A DNA stretch of 64,000 bases from Daphnia carinata (lineage: Eukaryota): the NCBI RefSeq assembly GCF_022539665.2, contig NC_081331.1, positions 11,036,001 to 11,100,000 of the forward strand. Reading direction: 5' to 3'. Made by a program: the position numbers and the translations under genes. Shown here piece by piece: positions 42,801 to 55,100 of this stretch (position 1 is the first letter of the stretch; each line of letters opens with the position of its first letter). A model generated the notes under the pieces. That model did not search any database, was not told the DNA's origin, and worked only from the letters and a program-made list of their open reading frames with translations.

Positions 42801-45800
42801 GAATTTCGATTCAAAGAATCTTTGTTGAATAAGGAAGACGATTCGCTATATAAAAAAAGAACTCGGTTGTCTTTGGAGAGCATTGTCTACAAGAACGTTT
42901 CTAATGAAAAATACTTGAAAAGGAGCAATAAATAAAGCACTCGTTTAAAAAATGGGAAATAGCCAGTGAACGACTTCATCATTACCTGTTAAATTCCTTT
43001 CCTCCGTTTTTCTTTATCTTATCACGAACGAGAAAACAAAACAAAAAATTGGGGAAATTTATTCTTTAGCCATCGTTGGCACATTGTTTGATTGTAATAT
43101 GGAACAGCAAAAAGATTTTTAAAAAAATGACGATACAAAAGATTCTTTTTTCTTATCTCGAAATCCCAAATTTAAAAAGATACAAAATGTATAAAGATAA
43201 GGCGGTTGTTCTATTTTTAGAACACAACACCTGCGCTAGACTAAACCTTGTGCCAAGACAAATACGTTCACTCGCTAGAGTGAACATGGCATTTTCAAAA
43301 ATAACAGACTGTCGAATCATTGTCGTTTGTTCTTTTTTTACCCATTTCTTTACAGCTTTTTTCTAGGCGCTATTCAAAATAGTGCTGAGTGGTTCGGATT
43401 TTTTTTTTTAATGTATTTTTTTTTTAATTCGTGAAAACTGCTGATGTTGGACCATGACTATTGGATTGCTCTTCACGGGAAAACGAAAACCCTTTCTGGA
43501 ACAACAAAAGACATTTATACAGGCAGCTAAAAATAGCTTTATGCGCAGTTGCCAATATCATTTGCTCAATTCGTTTTCTAGCAATGCATTTAAAGATGAT
43601 AAATGACTAGAGTAATTTGTCACTGAGAGATAGTAGCGTTGTCATAGCAAATGACGACATAACGCGCAAAGACTGATCCTGACTAAAGTAGGGATGGATC
43701 AATGAGACGAATTGTCCTTCATTCCCATTTTTCTTCGTTGCGGGAGTTCAGCTCAAAGTAAAGACTAGAAAAAGGCACACGTCAATGTTTTCTCAGGCGA
43801 AAAAAGGGCCGACTAGGAAGTCTTATTGTGTATGGGAATTTTTTTCCAGCCGTCAGGTGCCACGGCTGGCTGTCCAAGGACGGGCATTTGAGAAATAACA
43901 CGCGTTCGCTCCCGCTTTTCTGTGTAAACAGCACCTCTCGATTATATGCGTGCGCGTAGTATACATATTTATCCAATACGTATATATATATACGCATCTT
44001 GGCCTCTAAACTATACGGTTCTCTATTTATTTTCATATTGTGCGTTCTTGTTTGTTGCGGGTTTTTTTGTGAAGGAGGCCTTTTTCTGATCAGTATACTA
44101 CTCCAACATTTTCTATAGAATTTTACGGTAAACAAACTGTTGGGCTATTTGATAATAAATATACAGCTATTCGCAAAATCTTTTATAGCATTGTATCAAT
44201 AGAGTTTTTAACCAAAAAAAAAATGGAGCGCATGTGCTGGATTTCGAGTCAACACAGATGCATTGACACGCACATTGACGTAAATAGAATTAGATTATTA
44301 TATATAATTTTTTTTTTGACGTAGACGTCTTTCCGTATTACTTTTGGGTTAGCCATCCGCGCATTATTGGCTTTTGATGAGACCAGTTTTTTTTTTTCGT
44401 GTTTTTTCGTTTTGTAGTTTAGATCTATAGACGAAGGTATACATTGGGTAGGGTACACATAGACTAGCTCCTACTTCTAGAAATCCAATTCTCCATCGAA
44501 ATGATGTTCTCGAGTATATATAAAGGCTTCGCAAACGTGAATGGCTTCGGCATGGCGGTGAGCTTTTTCTTTTTTGAAAGAAAAAGGAAAATCCTGTCTT
44601 TTTTTTGCTAACTGCTAGTACCTACTGGCACTACTGTGTTGCGCGTGGTGTGTACAGACGTACCTTTACGAATGGCCGATCAAAGCTTCTGGCGTCCCAT
44701 TTTCCAATCTCATTACAGACATGGTAAGGGCGCCTGTACAGATGGAGTGGCCTATACAACAGCCATCGAAACATGCCATCATCAATCTTATTAGTTTCCT
44801 ACCAAAGGTTTCCGTCTATTTGTAAATATTGTTTGTAGTCAATACTTGTATCAACACTTTTTATAAAATCAGCTTCGCTTTTGATCATTTTCACGCGTTT
44901 GATGTGTCGATGAATTCAAGTCGCTCGGGAAAAGATTTTGTTTGCGCATGGGACCTTTTTATTTTCTAAACCAAGCGCAGTAGAAAATTGTTTCCCACTT
45001 AATGTTCACTACCAGAGTACTACTTCTAGCTTAGGTTTATTTTAATAGGTTTTAGCCAGATTTCGCATCAATTCTTGTAGAATCACAAAAAATTACTTAC
45101 CTATTGGTTAGCGATTATTTATATTTCTGTTTTAAATTTCATATATCAAATTTCTATGCCAAATATCAGAAAATTCATGGGCGGGCCCGGTTTCGAATCC
45201 CGCCACAGTCTACTTTTTCCCCTCAAACATTTCCTACACTGTATTTTTTCGATAGGACCCTCATTAGGGAAAGTTACAGTTTTGAATGAGTGTATCACAG
45301 ATGTCCCAGTACATTGATGCGTAGGCACCAACACGTATGAGTAGGAACTTCCCCACGTAAAGGTTTCGGAAGAAACTCCACGTACGAGTAGGAAAATCCT
45401 TTTTTTTTCTTTCTAAATACAAATGCAACATTTTACAGGTCATAGTTTACTCATTAGGAACGCTCTAAATAGCAGATAAGACAAATAAGAATGGGGAAAG
45501 TATAAAAAGATAACAGTACCAAAATTATGTTTTAAAAGGTGAACGCTCTTTCTGAAGGAAATATTCGACACATTTTTTCTAAACATGTTAGTTTATGACG
45601 CAGATGCATTTTTAAAATGAATTGGTTTTTATTTATTTTTAAAACACAAAAATTCCAAATGCCAATAATTCAGAAACTGTTGGTGTTTTTCTCATTTGGC
45701 TGCAACACCCTCAAGATTTTTAGTTCTCGTTATTTGACAATGGTGGGACAATACATCGTCGCAGACAATGGTGATTTCTGGCGAAGCGTAATACGTAGTT

Positions 45801-48800
45801 GTAGAAAGCTACCTCTACAAAAATAAACGATTGTTTCGGTTGCTGCTCGATGAAATGCACAGAAGATTGAAAAAAAAATGGTCTCTCTATTATCTGTTCT
45901 CTTCTTTTTTTAGTTTGCTTCTTTAAAATTTTCGTCCTTTTATTCTTCGTTTTGCTTTTCGTTATACAGAGTGAAAGGTGGAGACCCTGTTGGCATGAGT
46001 AATCAATCGAGCCGAACGTCGGGTTTGTTCCTGTATACCCACGGTAGCGGTATAGAAAGGTATGGTGTCCCTACTACTTCTCTCGTAAAGGTCTATTATG
46101 ACAAACTAACTTTCAACAATGCAGTAAATCAAGGAGTAGCAAAATAAAAAAAATGTATAATCTTGTCTTCTCTTATTATATTACTACGTTGTGGGTGTGT
46201 TCGTAAATTTCTATTTAGAAGGGGGAAAAAAGCAGAGTTTAGCCCACCCATGGTGTTACTGAACGCTATTGCATCTTTTTAGTGTCATCTGATGAAGCTA
46301 TATAAATGAATATAAACGCAGAATGTATAGCGTATACTCTTCCTTTTTTTACGGTCACAAGTTCAAATGATTGGCCTATACAACAATCGTGAATGGCGCT
46401 GTGATCGAGTTCACGATGGTAGCGGGACAAAGAAAAACGCGAAACCGCATCGAACCGTGTCAGCCCGTAGAATCATTTGTTTCTGCAATTATGACACTTG
46501 ATGTTTACTGGCTTGTAAAAATTCTAAATGTTTTGTTTACGGCCGACAAAGCTGTCTTTCTTGATGGACAGAAAACAATAAACGAGGAAAATTCTCAGGC
46601 TACAACGGTTGGTTAAATGTGCAGGACCGTACTATTCCTTATGGGGCATATCTACCATAATCATTTAAAAGAATTTCCAATCGAAGGACGCAATTAAAAA
46701 TATTTCCCATATTAGCGACGCGCACCCCACACGGAGAAGAAACTGAAATGCAAATGTGAACGTCACGTAGCGCGCACTACTTTCTTCCGCATCGTTCTGC
46801 GACATAAATTTTCATTAGCGGTTTCATCGTTCCCGCCCTAATTCAACTTATTCTCCCACTGCCGTTTCTTTGTTATTGTCTTTGTGTGTGGAAAAACGGG
46901 TGAGGGTAGTAGGTAACGGATGGATGGGTGAGACAACAAAAACGAATAGACTTGAACGAAAAACTATATAGTATTGAAAAACTAGTGAACCAGTTCTCCT
47001 GGAGTACGAACTTGTCAGAGTATCGAACAATTGGATAATTTAATTGACCGTATCTTAATTTCTAAATGTGTGTGTTTTTTCTCTGTCTCTAACTATCGAT
47101 ATCGTTCAACGTTGTCCATATGGTTTTTCAACAGCTGGAAAAAAAAACATGTGGGGAGGTATACGTGTAATTATTTTGTTGAACTAGTGCAGCTTTGGGT
47201 ACCACCACACGATCTGTACAAACAGTACGTTTAATTTGAATTTCCATAACGATCGCCATCTCGTTTGAAAATAGAGCAACTCGTTGTAAAAAGAAAGTAA
47301 ATTGATAGTCCCGATATTGAAGTGACGTGCGTGATAGACTTGTTGACATGTAGCAAACATGGACCATCGAGTTATTATCTAATCCATTATCTTGGGTCCA
47401 GCAACTATCGACCTCCCCTCTCTCACAGATAGCAGCGTATATTTATTTACACGAAAAAAGAGAGTGGCAGTTCTGTTTATAAAATTTCTACCATTCTTTG
47501 TAGTATAATCAGAAAGCCGTTTGGAAAACTTCTTTTGCCTTGTTTGATGACAACATTGCCCTCGACTGCAACGTTACTATTTAAAAACGAATAATAAACG
47601 ATCACGTACACAGTTTTACTTTCCAGAGGGCCAGCGTCTGAGCTTGTTAAAAAACAAATCGTAGAAGGTTTCATTACAAAACGCCGATGTAACCTTTTCT
47701 TTATTTATTTTTTTGCTTCACGGCGTTCTTTGAAAATGCTTAACATTTCTGTCTTTTTTCGTTGTTGAAAAATTTAAAATCCTTCTTAGAGATGCTGTAG
47801 AGGCGAACGATGCAGCGAGTCACGATGAAGAGCTCAGCATTATTACAAAGCACCGTCATCTGGGCGTTTGTTGGCAATGGTGAAATTTTGTTCCAATGGG
47901 CCAAAGGGACGACAAAAGACGACGAAGAGTTTTGATTAATCGACTATGTGCACGTTCATCATTCTCTTTGCTGAATCGCGCGCTTCTACCAAGTCCTTTT
48001 CAAAAGAATTCGAAGACTTTTGTCAAGACTTTGGCAAAGATCAGCATCAGACGTGGGACGCGATCCACCAGGCACGTTTCTTTTTCAGTGTCATTTCTGA
48101 TTAAAAATCGCCGAAATGCCTTGTATACTGTGACACGTTCGACGCGTTGAGATAGAAACAGATCGTGTCTTTCCCTCTAGTAAGCCAGTCTTTCGTTTCA
48201 CCTGCCCGGTTGTTTAAACGCACGATAGATGGCGTTCGCGTATCGTCAGCTGTTCAAGAAAGGAAAAAAGAAGAAACGGTCGGATGAGAGAGACTCATGG
48301 CGGCAACTCGATCAGTTAAGGCCTTTCTCCTTTTTGCCTGTGCCATTACACCACAGCAAAGTCTCCATTTGTCTGGGCCACACGACTGCTGACTTTGTCT
48401 GCCGTCGTCATCAGCGCACATACATTTCTTTATACTATTCTGCGTATCTCTATTTCTTTTTCCTCCATCGTTCGTGTTTGATGAGAATTCTAATATCTGT
48501 GGTATTGTGTAGTTTCGTAAATCTCATTGGAAACAAGATTTCACACGCGTAGTCAGTTCTTGCGCATATGATGCCCTACAATGTCCTTAACGTCTTCTTG
48601 GGATGATCGTGAACGTATCCAGTGAACTCATATGTGGGTATGTGTGGAGCGTGACTGCTGCGCCGTGCAGGAACTTTGTTGGGCTTTTTTACTACAGTGC
48701 CAGATGACGTGGGTGAATGCAGACGCTCATTCGAAGCCTGTGCGTTGAATGTATCTTATCGAATATACTGGTATCTTTAGACACCGAGAAAATTAAGGAC

Positions 48801-49868
48801 AAACAAGTGTTTCTTAAATCCTGCTACATTACGCTGTATATGTTGTCTTTTCGACATTCATGTAAAAAAGACATTGCAACTCATGCGAAACTCACACCGA
48901 TCGATAAGGTACGTTGATCTCATTTTTACTTGTGTGCAAACATAATTTTATTTCTTGTTTTTAATAAAAGTCGAACGTCAAAGACCAAAAACAAATTGAA
49001 AGTTCCATACTGTTTCTTGACAAAAAAAAAAATGGGCGCCATTTTTTTCCCAGCTAGTCGAAGTGCCTCTAGGCGAATCCAAACCTTTTCTAGTTTTTTT
49101 GGTTAAGGTTGTTTATTTCGTTAAAGGACTCGGAGACCCTCACACGTCTAGCGTTTCTGATCAGTTTCTTGTTTCATTTTATCCATTTACAATTTGAAGA
49201 TATTCATTTTCCTAAAGCTATTCAAATAACTTGGACGGCTCGTCGGATCGATTGCGAATTCGGGGACGGCCTCTCCACACGAATTATCGTCTGGCCTTGA
49301 CTTTTTCCCCCTGTTTGTTGCCTATACCAGACAGGCCTTTAGGAAATGTTTCTTGGCAACTTGACAGCGAATTAGAAACATTGTGGCGGTCGTTTTGAAA
49401 AAAAAAGTCAGTACTTGAAAACGAGCCATAATGCTTACCGAAATCGTATAGACTGTGAGGTTCCTTATCAAACAGTAACCCCCTCCTTCTTTTTAAACAT
49501 AAGGGCATTTTTATTTTCCTTTACACGTTAATTGGAATCGACAGTTGTGGTAGCAAAGAATTCTTTTTAATACGTAGCAGGAGAGTAGGACAGTCGTAGC
49601 CTGGAGGCGGAATTGAAAATTAACGACTCGTGTCTTCGTCCTCAGGCCCCCCGCTTCAACATGAGAAAAATTGTCGCCATGTTATTCGAAGTCTTAAAGA
49701 ACTTTTTTTTATTATTCTTCTAGCTTCTTTCTACTTCCTGCTGACCGGTGAAATGGATCGTTTGGTGCTGGAACGAATTTGATTTGTCAAGAGAAAAAAG
49801 AAAACTCATCCAAAAAGAACCGTGAGGAGGAAAATTTCATTCTTTCCGTCGGACGTAAAACAGTCGCA

Positions 49869-52105
49869 ATGGAGAGGCTTTACAGTGATGGAGGTAGCAG
49901 TGACTCGTCTTCTTATCCGGAATATCGTTACAATAGTGCATCCTCTCCGGTCGTGTTGGACAGTGGTGCCACAGCTGCGAGCGGTCGAAATGGCGGAGTC
50001 AAGTACTGCGGTGTTTGTGGAGACGTTGCCAAGAGTTACCATTTCGGTGGGCTCTCTTGCGATTCGTGCAAGGCTTTTTTCCGTCGATCCGTCCAGAATG
50101 ATAACTACCTCCATTTCCAGTGCTGTCATCGCGGTCAGTGCACCATTTCGCTATCCAACCGCAAGAGCTGTCAGTACTGCCGGATGAAACGCTGCTTCGG
50201 TATCGGAATGGAAAAGAGCTGGGTCATGACGGAAGAGGAACGCAAAGCCCTGATGAAAGCCAGAGCCGAGAAGAAAACTAGTAAGAGGTCACCAACGACG
50301 TCATCATCAAGCTCAAATGTCAGTTCCCAAAATTTGAATTCTTCGTCCAACTCGAGCGGAGGAGAGCAGAGTCCTTCAGTAGCACCATCTAACGAATACG
50401 AACCGCAGGTTGAACGAATGATCGACTTTTTGGCCCCTCTAGAAATCAAAGAAATTGAATCGATCGTCACGAAATACATGCACGCGTACCAACACGTGCC
50501 CTATCGTTCAGAATTGCGTTTCTATGATAACGATCGTCCAGGCGTCCAAGTGATGGAGGTAAAAACATTTTCTTATTTGCCTTTGATGTGTTTTTCCTTT
50601 TTTAAAAAGAGAAATTTATTTCTTTAAAAAAACAAATTAGATGTTTGGCACTCTGATTCGTCGTTTCGCCTTTTACGCTCGCTTGATGGCCGATTTTTCA
50701 AGTTTGCCTTTTCACGATCAGAGTATCCTGCTCAAAGGTGGCGTCCTGGAAATGTGTCTACTGCGTGGCGCATTAGTTTTTGACCCCGAGACCAATCGTT
50801 GGCCAACTGCCAATATGTCCATGTACAAGGACATGCCCATCCTCAAGTTGGACAATATTGTTCATTTGACATCATCTCGTCTCTTTCAGATGCATCTCGA
50901 TTTTATTTCCTGCATTCAGCAAATGTCTGTCGACGAGCCGACCATCATGTTATTGATCTTGATAGTCCTCTTCACTCCCGAGAGGACCGGTCTCGTTCAT
51001 GCGGATTGGATCGAGAAATTCCAGTCGTACTATACGACATTGCTGGAACATTACCTCAATTGGCGTTTCGGTACGGCCAAAGCTAAATTCATTTTTGGCA
51101 AAATGCTGACCAAACTAAGTGATTTGAGAGAGCTAAGTGACACCCATAATCACCACAATCTTCGATTAGGTAAGAATTCTCTCCCTATCTTTTAGCCACG
51201 TGTCGTAATAGACTTTGAGTTACATGTTATCTGAAAACGTGACGAAGTTGTTGTTGTTATTGTAAACATTCTGGACTAAAAATTCTTACCATATTTTTAA
51301 AAAATTAGGCAACGAAGAAGTCTCGTCAATCCAAAATCAGTTGAATAGTTTAAAGCTCAATCCATATCCGGAACTTAAAGTGATTCATGACGACAACGAA
51401 GCAACTGCTCCAGTAGAAAATACTTGCCATCCACCGTATAGCACCAGTCCGACTTTGAAAGCTAAGGAGATTTCCAATTGCTTATCTGATGTCGAATTGG
51501 CTGGAGCATCTTCGGCGGAATCTTCATCGTATCAACAGGCGCCAGTCTTGCCAGTATCTACACATCCGTCTTACACCGAACGGCAGTTAGAGCAACAGGC
51601 CTATCAGCACCAGGGTTGTCAAACTGGCCAAACGCACGGGTATAACGCTCAACAGCTGCAAACGCAATTTTTAGCTCAACAACAAATGGCTCCGCCTCAA
51701 CAACCTCCAACCAGTCAAGCATACCAACAACCACCAACCAGTCAGGGATATCAACAAGCACAGACCAGCCAAGGATACCAACAACCTCCGATGAATATGG
51801 CATTGCAATTTATGCAAGCGATGCAACAATCAGTCAGTCAGGTGGCCAATGCCCCTCATTTTGGCTATGAATGGGTTAAGCCTGATTATCAATTCGATCC
51901 TGCTACGGCATTCGCTGAAATCGGACCAGGCAAAATCGATCCCATGTTGAAAGCTGCAACTCTAATGAATAGCTCCCAAAGTCCACCATTGACTGAAAGA
52001 GATATTGATGAACTCTACGACGCATTAGATGAGTTTACCGGTAAAGACATTGTTGAAGAACGGATCCTCCAAACAACCAATAGTCAACATCTGTATCATC
52101 AGTAA
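49869..52105 (+). CDS. HR97: NR1-type nuclear hormone receptor, HR97-like paralog 2, about 671 aa; coding exons 49869-50558, 50641-51169, 51309-52105
   Basis: DBD CGVCGDVAKSYHFGGLSCDSCKAFFRRS and LBD closely similar to paralog 1. Intron positions are the same and the middle exon is 529 nt in both genes. Confidence 0.85.
51698..51790 (+). repeat. 27-nt coding tandem repeat (about 3.4 copies), QQPPTSQ[AG]Y
   Basis: Translation reads QQPPTSQAY QQPPTSQGY QQAQTSQGY QQPP in the paralog 2 tail. Confidence 0.85.
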
Positions 52106-55100
52106 ACATTTGCTTAGCACGCTACCACTTTTTGTAGTTGAAATTATCTGATAAGTTAAAAACGTCCCCAATTGGAAGTCCACATCATATTTCATTCATT
52201 CTGATTCCCGTTCTCTTTCGCTTGTAACTGTAATTTTTTGTTTAATGTCTAATCAGCTGTTTTCGGTGGTAAAATGATAAATCATTGTTCTCTTTATGTT
52301 TGAATGTGAACTGTTTCAATATAAAATCAATGCATTTATGTTTGCTCGTAGTACACGAGCTTTGGAATGTGATTTTTACCTGTACCTTTCAACTATAATC
52401 CTGTCCCTACATTTAACAGAAAATCTGCTCACGATACCTCATCACTGGGGAAAATGAATGAATATGTAAACGTGATTCGGGTTTATGCTGCACTTGTGTG
52501 TTCTTCCTTGTACCTTTTGTTACTGACACGTGGTCTATGTATATACATATATATATATGCATGAAGCAACAAAACAAAACAAAAAAACAACACGTAGCAT
52601 CCATCGATTTATTTGTTCCATTATACACTGTTATATTTCATATAATTGTCTATTTAGAGATACACATACACTGCAAAAGAATACATTATAGTAAATATAC
52701 TGGAACAATGTGAACATATTCTGGGATGAGACGTTGATGAACACCGAGAGAGAGATGCTGCACCTTATTTGGTCATGAGAGGGCCGACAAAGACTACACC
52801 AATTTCTCAATGTCGTTTCCAATCCAAAAATGTTGTGGACATAACAAACTCAACGACATGAGAAATGTCTGTTGAAACCTTGGTATCTTTCTAATTACTG
52901 TTTATGTAAAAGAAACATTTTTTTCAGAATTTAAATATTTTATTGGCTTTTATTTAGTTTTACTAAGAGATAATTAAATTTTTTGTTAGAACATTATTTT
53001 AGGTCACCTAGTTGAAAAACATTTAAACTGTTGGATTTACAGGAATTAGCAAGAATGATATAAATAGCTACTATTGTTTGGAATTGGAGACCGTGTCGAA
53101 AAAGAAGATTTCATTTTTCTTAGAAAACATTTCTAGTGTAACGTGACAAAGGGTTAGAAGAAGCCATTTTTTAATGCTTGTCATTCTGTTGTTTACTAGT
53201 TGTATAAAGCTCCAACTGCCATGATTTAGCAAAGTTGGATAGCTTAGACGTGAAAGAACAAACAGAACTACGTTGTTGTCTGATGGGCACCATTGATAAG
53301 TAAAAGAAAAACGAAAACAAGTAGCACGATCCCGCGACGACAGGTACTATATCTTCGTTGCCTTAAGGCAATCTTCGCCCCCTGTTGCCGCCATTTTCGC
53401 ACATTTGACAAGTCAGAGTTTGTTAGTTCACCACCACCAACCATTTAAATGTCGTGACGACCCTTTTTCGTGATCTAGACTTTCTTTTGTTGCTTATTCA
53501 CTAAGGGTAGACAACATCAAGGAAACAGTCACTATGGGGTTTCAGGTTTTGGAAAAAAAAGATTGCTGCAAGGCGCGAAAAAAAAGTACGTTGAACAGGT
53601 GGTGGCAAGTCCTTGGTGAGACAGAAACGTTCTTAAAATCTGATGCCCGCAGGCTTTACTCTTATGTGTTGTATAGTCTACACAGACGGTAAATTCTTCA
53701 CGTACGAGTGGACATCAGTACAGATGGGCTAGAAATTTGACGACAGATGTTGTGCATTAGTAGTAGGAATCATTCTTTCATTGTTTAAATATTCGTTTCA
53801 CTCTGGCTCCCACAAGTGGTTTAAATCTTGGCCGCCATTTTGCTGTTCTGTGTCGTCTGCCACCAAGGAAATTTCAATCGTCAACAAACTTTTTACTTCT
53901 CACTTCAGTAAAATCTCTATCCAAGACAAAGAAAATGTCCTCTTCAAGATTAGTTATTCATTAAAAAAAGAATTATACAACCCCCAGAACAAATTGTATA
54001 TGTAAGTGTTGCACAGAACCATTTTCTGATTAATGATTTTCTTGTGCCGAGCATGCCTACAGCATCATTGCCGGATTATATCCGGGCCAACTGACAAACA
54101 GTAACCACGAGAGACAGCAGTTTTTTGCTCATGTATACTCAATCCGACTGTTTATAAAAAAAGCACTATCTAGACTCCAAGAGATTGTGTTGAAGTAGAG
54201 GATATGTCATATTTAATGTATACAGTACAGTTAGTTGTCTTTACCGTTTTCTATATATTGAGGTTATTTTTTGGATACACGGACTCCACGTTGTAAAACG
54301 TTGCAGTGGGTAGAGGGTTCGTTTCCTTGATGAGCAAAAAAACAAGGCTCTAGATTTTTACGACTGCTCTTCGTTCAACCAGACATCCATTTTAAAACGG
54401 TACAGCATTCGTCAATTAAATTTTGGTTTTTCCTTTCTTTGTTCTTTTGCAGTTTTATGAGTTTGAATTGTCTGTACCGGACTGTACTTGTTGAGCCTTT
54501 TTACATTTTAATGCCGCCATTATGTTTGTCATTGTATCCAGGGCGACACTAACAAATTCACAGCCACAACAAATAATGTGTACCGGCTGTAAATTGAAAT
54601 GTGATTTAAAGAGCATGCCTTTTCCCATCAGAAAATAACGTACATTTTTTTTTCTTTCCTACTGTTACTTTTCTATTACATCCGTAAACACAACTGTTGG
54701 GCTTCGAATCTCTATACTGATATGTTTCAATGTCTACCAGATTATTGATCCGGGAGACATCACGACCGTACTCACGTCATCTTTATGAATTATTTGAAAG
54801 GTTTCGTTTTTTATCATGTGGGTTGTCAAGAGAAAAACAAACGCTCTCAGGCGATGGAACTTTGCACATTACAGACAAGAATTAGAATGGGATGTAAAAT
54901 CGAGTGAGATCAGAAATTATATTTGTGCTTCGTTAAACATCGCTTGGAACGAACATAACGAGATAATGTTCTCTCAACCATATCTTTAAGAATAGCAGGA
55001 AAATGAAAGGTATACACCCAGTTAATATTTTGTAATGGTGTGTACTCGTTCACCTTTTTTTTAATCGAAAAAATGTACCGAAGGACTTTCCCGAGTGGGG

